From: an uncultured Chloroflexia bacterium
Lineage (GTDB): Bacteria; Chloroflexota; Limnocylindria; Limnocylindrales; CSP1-4
Assembly: GCA_963766735.1 (NCBI GenBank)
Contig: CAVYBU010000007.1
Span: 224,001 to 288,000, forward strand
Length of the DNA: 64,000 nucleotides
Direction: 5' to 3'
Positions 37,352 to 47,963 of the stretch are shown here, in pieces; the first letter of the stretch is position 1; each line of letters opens with the position of its first letter. The notes under the pieces are model-generated. The model saw only the letters and a program-made list of their open reading frames with translations. It ran no database searches and was not told where the DNA came from. Position numbers and translations under genes: made by a program.

Positions 37352-40300
37352 CTACGGGACCAGCGTGATCCGATCCTGGGGGCCCGGCGCGACGGGTGAG
37401 TGGGCCTCGACGTACTTGGTGAACGCGTCGACGTCCACGTCCCCGCCGAGGCGGTCCGTGCCCTCCTTCAGGACGGTGTAGTTGTCACCGCCGTCCGCGA
37501 GGAAGTTGTTGACCGTGACCCGGTAGGAGGCCGCCGGGTCGAGCGGCACGCCCGCGATGCGGACGTTCGTCACGATCCCGTCCGGGCCGGCCGTGGCGAG
37601 CCGGTCGTAGGTCAGCGTGTGGGAGACCTGCAGGATGCCGATCCCGCCGGTGAACTGCTGTTCCAGGAGGGCGTCGACCTGGGCACCGGTGAGGGTCATC
37701 GTGACAAGGCTGTTGCCAAACGGCTGGACCGTGAATGCCTCGCTGTAGGTGACCTCGCCGGGCAGCTCGCCGCCGCTGATCTGGTCGTACGTGAGTTCGG
37801 CACGGATGCCGCCCGCGTTCATCAGCGCGATGTCCGCACCGCCGAGCTCGTCGGGGGTGGTCGCCCAGAGCTGGGCGTCCGCGATCACGTCGCCGAGGGC
37901 GGACTCACCGGCCAGGTTGGCCGTGCGGGTGATGGTCTCGGTGATGGAGCCGATGACCTTGTTCGCCAGCGGGGCGGACAGGGTCTTGTACTTGGTGATC
38001 AGCGCGGTGATGTCCTCGTCCGCGGCCACGTCGCGGGTGACGATCACGTTGTTGACCTTCGCCGATGCAACGTCCTTCGTCACCCGGCTGACGGTGAGGT
38101 CGATATCCGTGACAAGACGGCCCTGGTGGGCGGCTCCGGTCACGATCTTGCCGTCCACGACGCAGTTGACGGCCCAGTTGGTGTGGCCGGTGATGACGAC
38201 GTCGATCTCGTCGTCCATTGCCTCGACGATCGGCGGCAGGGCGCCGGTCAGGGTGCCGCAGGAGTTGATCGTCGTCTCATTCAGGGGATCGCTGTTCCGT
38301 CCGCCCTCGTGGAGCAGGACGATGATCGTCTCGATGCCCATCCCCTTGAGCACCGGCACCAGCGCATTGACCGACTCGGCTTCGTCCAGGAAGTCAACGT
38401 GCGAGATGCCTGCGGGGCTCACGATCGACGGCGTGCCCTCGAGCGTCATGCCGACGAGCGCGACGCTCACGCCATTGAAGTCGCGGATCGCAAACGGCGG
38501 AAAGATCGTCTTGCCGCTGTCCTTGTAGACGACGTTGGCGGCGAGATACTCGAAGCTCGCGCCGGCGAAGCCGTCGCCATCCTGGCAGCCGTCGACCGGG
38601 TGGCAGCCGCCGTTCTGCATGCGCAGCAGCTCGTCGACACCCTCGTCGAACTCGTGGTTGCCGACGCCGTTGAAGTCGAGGCCCATCTGGTTGAAGGCCT
38701 CGATCGTGGGCTCGTCGTGGAACAGGGCGGAGACCAGCGGCGTGGCGCCGATCATGTCGCCAGCCGAGACGAACAGCGTGTTCGGGTTCGTTGCGCGGAG
38801 CGCGTTGACGTGGGTCGCCAGGTACTCGGCACCACCCGCGAGCGTCGTGCCGATCCGGCCGCCGGAGCCGCTCGGCGGCTCGAGGTTGCCGTGGAAGTCG
38901 TTGAGGGAGAGGATCTGAATGGTGGCGTACCGGGTCTCGCGCACCCACGCCAAGGCTTCGGCGTTGGTCAGCGTCTGCCTCGGAAGCAGCTGGTTACCCT
39001 CCGGGGTGAAGATCGACGCCTTGAGGGCATAGGCCGTCGGCTGCTTCGCCCAGCCCAGGAGGGTTCGGGCGTCACTGTAGGGCTTCAGCACCGACATGTC
39101 GGGCGAGAGGTCCCACTTGGCCGAGTCGGCGAGCAGGAACAGACCTCCCTGGCGGCTCAGTTGGACGCTGTCCTTCTTCTGGTCCGGAACCTTCACGTCA
39201 GAGGACGAGTCGTCGAACGCCGTCCACAGCAGCTCCCCGTAATCGGCCCGGGTCACCGGATCTGACGCAGTTCCGCTCTGCCACGTGTTGACCGGCGGCA
39301 GGAGGTCGAAGTTGTGGACGTAGACGTCGCTCGGCGAGATCGTCTCCTTGTCCATGATCCAGTTCGTGATCAGCTCGCGAACTTCCGTCGTCGACTGGTA
39401 GAGCTTCTCAGCCGTCGGGAACTTCCCGGTGGCGCGGTAGTTGTTGAGCGCGACCCGGACCATCTGGTCCATCGCCAGCGGCTTGCCGTTGAGCTTGAGC
39501 TCAACCACGCGCTCGCCGACCGGCTTGGTCACGTCCAGCTCGTACTCGATGCCCGACCACAGGTCGTAGTTGTAGTCGCGTACCGCGCTGTTGACCGTGA
39601 CGCCCGTCGGTTCGTAGTAGTACTGGTTGAAGTAGTTGGCGGTCCACTCCAGCTCGTCCTTGATCATCTGGCCGCTGGCCTCGATCACGTAGAGCGTGTT
39701 GTCGTAGATGTAGACCGCGTACGCGTCCTTGAGCTTGATCGGACCCGCGCTCAGCTTGGCGCTGTCGTTGAACAGCGCGGCGAGCGAGGCTTCGACCGGG
39801 AACCCCGCCTTCTCGGCGGCGTCCGTCTGCACGTAGTTGATCAGGTCGGCCATCGGCCCGTCAGCGACGCGCGCCGGGAACCCGCCGGGGAAATCGTCCG
39901 TTGCGGTGCCGATCGGCGTGTTGATGTAGGCGACCGTCGTGTCGTGATACGGCTTCATGAGGGTGAGCAGGTCCGCGTCTTCCGCGACGCCCCTCATGTC
40001 GGGTGTCGTGGAGGACTTGCTGGTGACGGTCCAGTCGCTGCCAGTGCCCGAAACCGTGATCCGGATGTCGGAGACGCTGCGGCCCCAGTAATAGGGCTCC
40101 GTGACAAGGACGCCGTTGATGGTCTCGCCCGGAACCTTGGCGTGTGCATGGCCCGCCAGGATCACGTCGATGCCCGGGACCTCGTTGGCCAGGTACTTGA
40201 CGAAGTTCTCCTCACGACCGTAGCCGTAGGTCTCGTCAAGGCCGCTGTGGGCCGCCACCACGATCACATCCGCGCCTGCGGTGCGCATCTGCGGCACATA

Positions 40301-40936
40301 GGTGTTGGCTGCAGCCATCGCATCACCGAACACGCAATCGACGATGTTCTCGGGCCGCTCCCAGTACTTCACTGCCGGGGGAGTGAGGCCCAGGATGCCG
40401 ACCTGCACGCCGCCGACGTCCTTGATCACGTACGGCACGAAGGTGTAGTCCCGGCAGCCGGTGACGTTCGCCGAGAGCAGCGGGAAGTTGGCCTCGCTCT
40501 GGTACTTGTTGAAGACGCTCGGCCCGTAGTTGAACTCGTGGTTGCCGACGGTGGAGGCGACATACTCCATCTCGTTCATGGCCGCCGCCAGCGGGTTCTC
40601 CTTCGACGTGTCGACCATGTTGAAGTAGTACGCGAGCGGGTTTCCCTGGATCGTGTCGCCGTTGTCGATCAGGATCGTGTTCGGGTTGCTGCCGAGCACT
40701 CCCTTGACGTATGTCTGGATCTTCGTCAGCCCGCGCTCCGAGGAGCTGTTGGTCGGCTCGCTGTCCGTGAAGTAGTCGTAGTTCTGGACATTGCCGTGAA
40801 GGTCGCTCGTGCCAAGGATCGCGAGGTCCTTGGTCTCGAGCGCGCTGACGGTCGCCGCTGGTTGGGCGGGAACGGCGAAGGCTGCGATCAGCAGCGCAGC
40901 GACGACCATCACGGGGATCGGCCTGGAACGTCTCAC
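37352..40936 (-). CDS. Secreted tandem metallophosphoesterase: CpdB-like 2',3'-cyclic phosphodiesterase module plus 5'-nucleotidase module
   Basis: Two motif sets: SDLHG/DNGD/GNHEF/GHAH and NDFHG/AGD/GNHEFD/GHT. Signal peptide; GTG start with a GGAGGT RBS. Confidence 0.9.
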   Translation of the reverse strand: MRRSRPIPVMVVAALLIAAFAVPAQPAATVSALETKDLAILGTSDLHGNVQNYDYFTDSEPTNSSSERGLTKIQTYVKGVLGSNPNTILIDNGDTIQGNPLAYYFNMVDTSKENPLAAAMNEMEYVASTVGNHEFNYGPSVFNKYQSEANFPLLSANVTGCRDYTFVPYVIKDVGGVQVGILGLTPPAVKYWERPENIVDCVFGDAMAAANTYVPQMRTAGADVIVVAAHSGLDETYGYGREENFVKYLANEVPGIDVILAGHAHAKVPGETINGVLVTEPYYWGRSVSDIRITVSGTGSDWTVTSKSSTTPDMRGVAEDADLLTLMKPYHDTTVAYINTPIGTATDDFPGGFPARVADGPMADLINYVQTDAAEKAGFPVEASLAALFNDSAKLSAGPIKLKDAYAVYIYDNTLYVIEASGQMIKDELEWTANYFNQYYYEPTGVTVNSAVRDYNYDLWSGIEYELDVTKPVGERVVELKLNGKPLAMDQMVRVALNNYRATGKFPTAEKLYQSTTEVRELITNWIMDKETISPSDVYVHNFDLLPPVNTWQSGTASDPVTRADYGELLWTAFDDSSSDVKVPDQKKDSVQLSRQGGLFLLADSAKWDLSPDMSVLKPYSDARTLLGWAKQPTAYALKASIFTPEGNQLLPRQTLTNAEALAWVRETRYATIQILSLNDFHGNLEPPSGSGGRIGTTLAGGAEYLATHVNALRATNPNTLFVSAGDMIGATPLVSALFHDEPTIEAFNQMGLDFNGVGNHEFDEGVDELLRMQNGGCHPVDGCQDGDGFAGASFEYLAANVVYKDSGKTIFPPFAIRDFNGVSVALVGMTLEGTPSIVSPAGISHVDFLDEAESVNALVPVLKGMGIETIIVLLHEGGRNSDPLNETTINSCGTLTGALPPIVEAMDDEIDVVITGHTNWAVNCVVDGKIVTGAAHQGRLVTDIDLTVSRVTKDVASAKVNNVIVTRDVAADEDITALITKYKTLSAPLANKVIGSITETITRTANLAGESALGDVIADAQLWATTPDELGGADIALMNAGGIRAELTYDQISGGELPGEVTYSEAFTVQPFGNSLVTMTLTGAQVDALLEQQFTGGIGILQVSHTLTYDRLATAGPDGIVTNVRIAGVPLDPAASYRVTVNNFLADGGDNYTVLKEGTDRLGGDVDVDAFTKYVEAHSPVAPGPQDRITLVP

Positions 40937-41174
40937 GGGGGCACCTCCGAGGACGAGGGCAAGTGGAGACGCATCAGGTCCGCCCTCTCCGCGGACCAGC
41001 ACTCAGGCAATGACAGAACGCTACTCCCCGAAGCGCGTCTCCGGCACGGCCGAACGGCAGTCGATTCGTGCCGGATGGGCCCTTCTCGATGCCATCGCCA
41101 CCGTAGCGGTGCCCATGCGCACCACCAATTCCTGCGCAAGGGCCGCATAAGGGGCGCCTGCGAGGCTCCGAGGC

Positions 41175-42854
41175 ATGCAGAGCACGTGCCACCCCTCCGT
41201 CGCTCAACGCCTCGCCAGGCTCGCGCCGGACCAGCGGGCGGCGGCGACGGCACCACCGGGTCCCGTTCTTGTCGTCGCCCCGGCTGGCTCGGGCAAGACG
41301 ACGACGCTCGTGGCCCGCGTCGCCTGGATCGTGGACGGCGGCACGGACCCGGCATCGGTCTGCGTCGTCGCGTTCAACAAGAGGGCGGCAGTGGAGCTCT
41401 CGGAGCGGCTGGATGCCGCCCTCGAACCGCTGGAGGTTGCCCCGGGCTCCGTGCGGGTCCGGACCTTCCACGCCCTGGGACGCGAGGTCCTGCGCGACGC
41501 GTCCGTGTCGGTCGATCCACTGGTCGATCGGGACGATCTGCTGCGGGAGCTCTTCCCGGGGATCGGGGCGGCGGACCGGGGACGGCTCGATCTCGCGTTC
41601 TCGCGGCTCAAGCTGGACCTGCGGGTCACGGCGGACGAGGTCGCAACGGACCCCTCGCCGGGGCCGGTTGCGCGGGCGTACATCACGTATGAGCGGGCCG
41701 TCCGCGAGTCGGGCGGGGTGGACTTCGATGACCTCGTGCTCCGGGCGGTGGGGTGCCTCGAGTCGGACCCGGTGCTCCTCGCGCGCTGGCGGGCGCGGAC
41801 GACCACGCTGCTGGTCGATGAGGCACAGGACCTGGACCGCACGCAGCTCGATCTCGCGCTCCTGCTCGCGGCGCCCGCCAACAACGTGTGCCTGGTCGGT
41901 GACGACGACCAGACGGTCTACGGCTGGCGTCTGGCTGATGTTCGCCGGGTGCTGGGCCTGGCGGCCTCCCTGCCTGGGCTGCGGCGGGTGAACCTGGAGA
42001 CGAACTACCGGTGCCCGCGCCCGGTCGTGGCGAGGGCGGTGCGCCTGGTGGAGCACAACCGGGAGCGCTACACCAAGCGGATCAAGGCGGGCCCCGCTGC
42101 CAGCGGGCGGCTCGTCCTGGCCCCGGACGCCGCGGACGACACCGTCCGGGTGATGCGGGCGATGCGCACCTGGCCGGACGACGGGTCCACGTGCGCCGTC
42201 CTCGCCCGGACGAACCGCGAGCTGCTCGTGGCCGTGGTGGCCGCGGTGGAGCTGGAGGTTCCGTTCAGGGCTCCGGACCTTCCCCTCCCGATCGAGGACC
42301 CGCGCCTGGACGCGCTGCTGGATCGCCTGCAGGCTGCGCCGGCCGCCGATCGGGCCGTCGCACCCACGCTGCTGCCGGCGCTCGGATGCCTCCGCGCGGT
42401 CGTGCGAGCCGAGGATGACGCTGCGGGCGTCGAACCCGGCGACGAGCCCTCGCGCGCCGACCTCGTGACGGCCCTCCTCGGCTGGGCGGCAGCTCTCCCT
42501 GGTCCCGCAGCGCTGCGCTCGGCCGTCGAGGGGCGGCGGGCCGCACTCGCCCGGCTCCGGCGCGACGACGCGGCGCTCACCCTGGCAACCGCCCACGGGA
42601 CCAAGGGCCTCGAGTGGGACCACGTGCTGGTCATGACCGACGGCTTCCCGGGCCGGCGCTCCATCACGGACGCGGCCGAGCCGGAACGGGCGCTCGAGGA
42701 GGAGCGCCGTCTCGCCTACGTCGCCTGGACGCGCGCCCGCCGGTCGCTCACGCTGCTGTACGACCCGGAGGCGCCCTCCCGGTTCCTCTCAGAGGCGTTC
42801 GAACCCGACGAGATCCTGACGGACCCCGGCCGCGCGTACACTCGCCCGACCTGA
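41175..42854 (+). CDS. UvrD/PcrA-family SF1 DNA helicase (compact)
   Basis: APAGSGKT, DEAQD, VGDDDQ, NYRC, TAHGTKGLEW and EERRLAYVAWTRAR. Confidence 0.9.
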   Translation: MQSTCHPSVAQRLARLAPDQRAAATAPPGPVLVVAPAGSGKTTTLVARVAWIVDGGTDPASVCVVAFNKRAAVELSERLDAALEPLEVAPGSVRVRTFHALGREVLRDASVSVDPLVDRDDLLRELFPGIGAADRGRLDLAFSRLKLDLRVTADEVATDPSPGPVARAYITYERAVRESGGVDFDDLVLRAVGCLESDPVLLARWRARTTTLLVDEAQDLDRTQLDLALLLAAPANNVCLVGDDDQTVYGWRLADVRRVLGLAASLPGLRRVNLETNYRCPRPVVARAVRLVEHNRERYTKRIKAGPAASGRLVLAPDAADDTVRVMRAMRTWPDDGSTCAVLARTNRELLVAVVAAVELEVPFRAPDLPLPIEDPRLDALLDRLQAAPAADRAVAPTLLPALGCLRAVVRAEDDAAGVEPGDEPSRADLVTALLGWAAALPGPAALRSAVEGRRAALARLRRDDAALTLATAHGTKGLEWDHVLVMTDGFPGRRSITDAAEPERALEEERRLAYVAWTRARRSLTLLYDPEAPSRFLSEAFEPDEILTDPGRAYTRPT

Positions 42855-42877
42855 CCACCGGGAGCGAGGAGGAGCCG

Positions 42878-43447
42878 ATGCCCACGCGACGAGACGGAAC
42901 AGAGCCGGTGATCGCACACGGCGCGGTCTACCTCCGCGCCGGCGAGCGGGAGGACATCCCGCTGTTCGTCACCTGGATGACGGACTACCGCACGGTGCGG
43001 ACCCTGACGGTGGCGGCACCGATCTCCCTCGCAGCCGAGGAGAAGTGGTTCGAGCGGACCACCGAGGACCAGGGCAAGGGCGGCTACTTCTTCGTCGCCT
43101 GCCTCCTCGAAGACGACCGGGCGATCGGCACGATGGGCCTGTTCGAGCTGGACCTGCGGAACGGGAGCGCGGGGCTCGGCATCGCCATCGGCGCGCCGGA
43201 GGATCGGGGCCGGGGGCTCGGCGCGGACATGCTCCGCGCGCTGCTCGCGTTCGGGTTCGGGACTCTGCGGCTGGAGCGGATCTGGCTGGACGTCTACGCC
43301 ATGAACACCGCGGCGAGGCGGGTCTATGAGCGGGTGGGGTTCGTACACGAGGGCACGATGCGGCGGGCTCTCTTCCTCGAGGACGAATTCCAGGACGTCC
43401 ACCGCATGGCGATCCTCGCGGACGAATGGCGGGCCGCACGCGGATGA
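42878..43447 (+). CDS. GNAT acetyltransferase, RimJ/RimL-like
   Basis: RGRGLG, NTAARRVYERVGFVHEG; GAGGAGG RBS. Confidence 0.88.
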   Translation: MPTRRDGTEPVIAHGAVYLRAGEREDIPLFVTWMTDYRTVRTLTVAAPISLAAEEKWFERTTEDQGKGGYFFVACLLEDDRAIGTMGLFELDLRNGSAGLGIAIGAPEDRGRGLGADMLRALLAFGFGTLRLERIWLDVYAMNTAARRVYERVGFVHEGTMRRALFLEDEFQDVHRMAILADEWRAARG

Positions 43448-43920
43448 GCCGCCTGCCGGCTCTCGGTCCCCGGGGCGAGGGCTGGGTCATCATCCAGTTC
43501 GTCCTGCTCGGGGTGGTGGCGGTCTCCGGCCTGGCCGGTCCCGCCTGGGGAGGCCAGGCTCGCGTGGTCACCTCGGTCCTCGGGGCAGTGCTCCTCGCCC
43601 TGGGCCTGCTGCTCGCGGGCCGCGGGCTGCTGGACCTCCGGGAGGCGCTCACGCCGCTCCCCCACCCTCGCGACGGCGCCTCGCTCGTCCATACGGGGTC
43701 ATACCGCCTCGTTCGCCACCCGATCTACGGCGGGATCATCATCGGGGCCGCGGGGTACGGGCTGCTGATGGCATCACCCCTGACGCTGGCCGGAGCCGCG
43801 GTCCTGCTGGGGTTCTTCCGCCTCAAGTCCGGGCGCGAGGAGGTGTGGCTGGAGGCGCGCTACCCCGGCTACGCGGCCTACCGGGTCCGCACGCGGCGTC
43901 TCTTGCCGCTCATCTACTGA
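43444..43920 (+). CDS. Isoprenylcysteine carboxylmethyltransferase (ICMT/PEMT) family membrane protein
   Basis: GSYRLVRHPIY and EEVWLEARYPGYAAY. Confidence 0.85.
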   Translation: MSRLPALGPRGEGWVIIQFVLLGVVAVSGLAGPAWGGQARVVTSVLGAVLLALGLLLAGRGLLDLREALTPLPHPRDGASLVHTGSYRLVRHPIYGGIIIGAAGYGLLMASPLTLAGAAVLLGFFRLKSGREEVWLEARYPGYAAYRVRTRRLLPLIY

Positions 43921-43924
43921 TCCG

Positions 43925-44263
43925 CTACTGGAGCTCGCGCTTCGCCAGGACCTTCAGGAGCCGATCGATCGCGACCAGGAATGGCTCCGTCACGTCGCTC
44001 GAGAGCGCATCCCGGATGGAATCCTTCGGCCCGTAGGCGGCGCGGGCCCGCAGCGCCAGGCGGCGCAGGTCGGCGAGGTCCCCGTCGCGAAGGTGATCGG
44101 GCAGCGGCTCGAGGTAGGTGATCCAGCGGGCTGCGTCCCGGGCGCGAGCGTCGTCGAGGAGGCGATCCGCCGCGCGGGCGGCCACCAGCGCCGCTTCGTC
44201 GATACCCGGACGCTCGTGGCGGGCAGGGCCACGCTTCGAGGCCCCGCCGGCTCCCGAGGTCAT
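43925..44263 (-). CDS. Hypothetical helical protein (112 aa)
   Basis: ATGA overlap with the upstream gene; protein-like composition. Confidence 0.6.
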   Translation of the reverse strand: MTSGAGGASKRGPARHERPGIDEAALVAARAADRLLDDARARDAARWITYLEPLPDHLRDGDLADLRRLALRARAAYGPKDSIRDALSSDVTEPFLVAIDRLLKVLAKRELQ

Positions 44264-44694
44264 GAGTCCAGCGTGCCCGCCGGAGCTCCATCGGCAGTCG
44301 GCCGCACCAGCACGAGCCCAAGGCGCTTCCGCTCGGAGCCGTTGACGAGGATCCGGAACGAGTAGTCGCCGGGTGACGGGAACGTGAGGTTCCAGAGGTC
44401 GATGCTGAAGGTCAGGATCGCGTCCCGGCCATCGGGCTGGCCCCGGGCGACCAGGCTGCCGGTGGCGCCCGTGACCTCGTGCCCGTCGGGGTCCAGGAGG
44501 ACGATGCGCAGATCGTGCTCGCGCTCGGTCTCGGGAGCCGTGACCATCAGCCCGACGACCAGTGCCAGGTGCGGGTGGCGGAGCGGGAAGGTGCGCCCGC
44601 CGATCCGCGTGATGCCCCCACCCAGGACGTGGAACTTCTGGCCCGGCTGGGTCTCGGCGGAATCCGCGAGGAACGCGTAGTCGATCTCCGGCAT
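44260..44694 (-). CDS. DUF6941-like hypothetical protein
   Basis: AFLADSA...KFHVLGGG and FPSPGDYSFRILVNG. Confidence 0.65.
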   Translation of the reverse strand: MPEIDYAFLADSAETQPGQKFHVLGGGITRIGGRTFPLRHPHLALVVGLMVTAPETEREHDLRIVLLDPDGHEVTGATGSLVARGQPDGRDAILTFSIDLWNLTFPSPGDYSFRILVNGSERKRLGLVLVRPTADGAPAGTLDS

Positions 44695-44770
44695 GGCCCC
44701 ATCGTAGCCCCATGCGGAGCGGCGCGACGACTCGGGCATGTGCCGCATCCACGCGCCCGACGGCCGAAGC

Positions 44771-47700
44771 TCAACCGGGACGCGGGCCTACCGCTCCCCG
44801 GCGGATCGTGCTGCTGCGACCCGCTTGCTCGACGGGACGACCTGGGGCGCGGGAGCGGACCCCGACCGCGCTGCCGAGGCCCGGGCGCCCGGCCTCGTCC
44901 GCAAAGGTGACGTGGCTCAGCGGAACGAGCGGCTCGCCGCGCAGGACCCGCGCGAGGTACTCGCCGGTGGCGGACCCGGCGGCTTCGGCGACATGCTCCG
45001 GGGTGCCCTCCGCGATCACGAGCCCCCCGCGGTGACCCCCCTCCGGGCCCAGGTCCACGATCCAGTCCGCGGTCTTGATCACGTCGAGGTTGTGCTCGAT
45101 GACCAGCACCGTGTTGCCGTTGTCCACGAGGCGGTGGAGGACGTGAAGCAGCTTGTCCACGTCGGCGAAGTGAAGGCCGGTGGTGGGCTCGTCCAGCAGG
45201 TAGAGCGTCTTGCCGGTTGCCCGCCGCGACAGCTCCGTGGCCAGCTTGACGCGCTGGGCCTCGCCGCCGGAGAGCGTCGTCGCCGGCTGGCCCAGGTGGA
45301 CGTACCCCAGGCCCACGTCGTAGAGCGTCTGGAGCTTGTTCCGGATCTTGGGCACGGCGGTGAAGAAGTCGAGCGCTTCCGCGACGGTCATCTCGAGCAC
45401 GTCCGAGATCGACCGGCCCTTGTAGTGGATCTCCAGGGCCTCGCGGTTGTAGCGCTTCCCGTGGCAGATCTCGCACGGGACGTAGACGTCCGGCAGGAAC
45501 TGCATCTCGATCTTGATGATCCCGTCACCCTTGCAGTTCTCGCACCGGCCACCCTTGACGTTGAAGCTGAAGCGGCCGGGCAGGTAGCCGCGCACGCGCG
45601 CGTCGGGCGTGCCGGCGAAGAGCTCGCGGATGGGGCCGAAGAGGCCGGTGTAGGTGGCAGGGTTGGACCGCGGCGTGCGGCCGATGGGACTCTGGTCGAT
45701 CTCGATGATCTTGTCGATGTGCTCCACGCCCTCGACTGCATCGTGGGCGCCTACCTGCGCCCGGGCGCCGGTCAGCTCCCGGGCCAGCGCCCGGTACAGG
45801 ACCTCGTCGACGAGGGTGCTCTTGCCGGAACCCGAGACACCGGTCACGGCGATGAACGTGCCGAGCGGGAACCGCACATCCACGTTCTTGAGGTTGTGCT
45901 CCCGCGCGCCGCGCACGACCAGGTGCCTGCCGTTGCCGAGCCGGCGCCGCTCCGGGATGGCGACCTGCCGCTCCCCGCGCAGGAAGGCGCCCGTGATGGA
46001 GCGCGGCTCCGCCAGCAGCACCTCCAGGGGGCCGTTCGCGATGATCTCGCCACCGTGCTCGCCCGCCCCGGGCCCGATGTCGATCACCCAGTCCGCGGTC
46101 CGGATCGTCTCCTCGTCGTGCTCCACGACAAGCACCGTGTTGCCCAGGTCCCGGAGCCTCGTCAGCGTTGCGATCAGCTTCGCATTGTCGCGCTGGTGGA
46201 GGCCGATGGACGGCTCGTCCAGGATGTACAGGACGCCCATGAGCGTGGTTCCGATCTGGGTGGCCAGCCGGATCCGCTGCGCCTCCCCGCCCGACAGGCT
46301 GATGCTCGCCCGGTCCAGCGTCAGGTAGTCCAGGCCGACATCCACGAGGAACCCGAGCCGGGCCACGATCTCCTTGAGCACCTGCCGGGCGATCGTCTGC
46401 TCCCGCTCGGTCACCCGGTCCGAGATGCCCGCGGCCCAGTCAAGGGCGTCGGTCACCGACAGCCCGGAGATCTCCGAGATGTTCTTCGCGTCCACCGAGA
46501 CCGCCAGCACCTCCGGACGCAGGCGGCGCCCCTGGCACGTGGGACAGGGTTTCTGGACCATGAACCTCTCGAGCTCGGTCCGGATGTACTCCGATTCCGT
46601 TTCCCGGAAGCGCCGCTCGAGGTTGGTGACGACGCCCTCGAACGTGGCCACGTAGCTGTTCTCGCCCCGCTCGTGGCGATAGCGCACGACGACCTTCTCG
46701 TCCTTGGGCGCGTACAGGAGGAGCTCGACCGCCTCGGGCGGCAGGTCGCTCACCGGCACGTCGATCCGCCACCCGCGCGACGCGAACACCGCCTCCGTGA
46801 TCTTCATCCGCCACGAGATCTCGGTGGGCATCTTGTTCCACGGTGCCAGGGCACCGGCCTTGATGCTGCGGCTCCTGTCCGGGATCACCAGGCCCGGGTC
46901 GATGACGAGCTGCGTCCCAAGACCCGTACAGGTTGGGCAGGCACCGTGCGGCGAGTTGAACGAGAAGCTCCTGGGCTCGAGCTCGTCGATCGTGGAGCCG
47001 TCGTAGGGGCAGCTGTACCGCTCGCTGTACGGACGCTCCTCGAACTGGGGCACCTCCCCGTCCCGCGGCACGGGCGCGATGACCACGACCCCCTCGCCCA
47101 GGCGGAGCGCGGTCTCGACGGAATCCGCCAGCCTCGTCGCGTCCGGGTCCGGCAGCGCGGCGCCGGTCTCGGGGTCCACGGGTCGCCCGCGCTCGTCCGT
47201 TGCCCAGCCTTCCGGTGTCTCCGCCCGCCGGACGACGAACCGGTCCACCACCACCTCGATGGAGTGCCGCTTGTACTTGTCGAGGGTGGGGGCCTCCGAG
47301 AGGTCGTACTGCGTGCCGTCCACGCGCACGCGGACGAAGCCCTGCTTGCGCGCTCCCTCGAAGACGCGGTCCCCCTCGGTCTTGCGATCCTTGACCAGCG
47401 GGCCCAGCACCAGGAGCCGCGTCCCATCGGGCAGCGCCAGCACCTGGTCCACGATCTGCTGGATCGTCTGGCGTTCGATCTCCCTGCCGCACGCCGGGCA
47501 GTGCGGGTGCCCGATCCGGGCGAACAGGAGCCGGAGGTAGTCGTAGATCTCGGTGACGGTGCCGACCGTGGACCGCGGGTTCCGGCTGGCGCCCTTCTGG
47601 TCGATGGAGATCGCAGGTGACAGGCCGTCGATCTGGTCGACGTCCGGCTTCTCCATCTGGCCCAGGAACTGCCGGGCGTACGCGGACAGGCTCTCGACGT

Positions 47701-47863
47701 AGCGGCGCTGGCCCTCCGCGTAGATGGTGTCGAAGGCGAGGCTGCTCTTGCCGCTGCCGGACAGGCCCGTGATGACCACGAGCCGGTCTCGCGGGAACGC
47801 GACGTCCACGTTCCTGAGGTTGTGCTCGCGCGCTCCGCGCACGACGATCTGATCCTGGGGCAC
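44771..47863 (-). CDS. uvrA: Excinuclease ABC subunit A
   Basis: GAREHNL twice, [18 protein letters not shown] and zinc-finger cysteines. Confidence 0.98.
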   Translation of the reverse strand: MPQDQIVVRGAREHNLRNVDVAFPRDRLVVITGLSGSGKSSLAFDTIYAEGQRRYVESLSAYARQFLGQMEKPDVDQIDGLSPAISIDQKGASRNPRSTVGTVTEIYDYLRLLFARIGHPHCPACGREIERQTIQQIVDQVLALPDGTRLLVLGPLVKDRKTEGDRVFEGARKQGFVRVRVDGTQYDLSEAPTLDKYKRHSIEVVVDRFVVRRAETPEGWATDERGRPVDPETGAALPDPDATRLADSVETALRLGEGVVVIAPVPRDGEVPQFEERPYSERYSCPYDGSTIDELEPRSFSFNSPHGACPTCTGLGTQLVIDPGLVIPDRSRSIKAGALAPWNKMPTEISWRMKITEAVFASRGWRIDVPVSDLPPEAVELLLYAPKDEKVVVRYRHERGENSYVATFEGVVTNLERRFRETESEYIRTELERFMVQKPCPTCQGRRLRPEVLAVSVDAKNISEISGLSVTDALDWAAGISDRVTEREQTIARQVLKEIVARLGFLVDVGLDYLTLDRASISLSGGEAQRIRLATQIGTTLMGVLYILDEPSIGLHQRDNAKLIATLTRLRDLGNTVLVVEHDEETIRTADWVIDIGPGAGEHGGEIIANGPLEVLLAEPRSITGAFLRGERQVAIPERRRLGNGRHLVVRGAREHNLKNVDVRFPLGTFIAVTGVSGSGKSTLVDEVLYRALARELTGARAQVGAHDAVEGVEHIDKIIEIDQSPIGRTPRSNPATYTGLFGPIRELFAGTPDARVRGYLPGRFSFNVKGGRCENCKGDGIIKIEMQFLPDVYVPCEICHGKRYNREALEIHYKGRSISDVLEMTVAEALDFFTAVPKIRNKLQTLYDVGLGYVHLGQPATTLSGGEAQRVKLATELSRRATGKTLYLLDEPTTGLHFADVDKLLHVLHRLVDNGNTVLVIEHNLDVIKTADWIVDLGPEGGHRGGLVIAEGTPEHVAEAAGSATGEYLARVLRGEPLVPLSHVTFADEAGRPGLGSAVGVRSRAPGRPVEQAGRSSTIRRGAVGPRPG

Positions 47864-47891
47864 GGCCGAAGTCTACCCGATCAACGTGAAA

Positions 47892-47907
47892 CAGAACAGG
47901 TGTTCTG
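47892..47907. promoter_or_regulatory. LexA (SOS) box upstream of uvrA
   Basis: CAGAAC-AGGT-GTTCTG matches GAAC-N4-GTTC and overlaps the -35 region of a TAGACT -10 at 47870-47875. Confidence 0.85.
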
Positions 47908-47963
47908 GACGACGACGGAGCCGGTCCGGGCTTGCCCAGCCTGGGCTCCCGCGCCGGTGCCGA

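Noticed and set aside
41051-41064. SOS box upstream of the UvrD-like helicase (CGAAC-GGCA-GTCG)
   Set aside because: Two mismatches in the right half-site and about 110 bp from the start codon.
44738-47620. Long antisense ORFs (for example 960 aa opposite uvrA; also 25772-28075, 34056-36134, 39314-41692)
   Set aside because: These are shadow ORFs expected from high-GC codon bias opposite well-supported genes, and they lack protein motifs.
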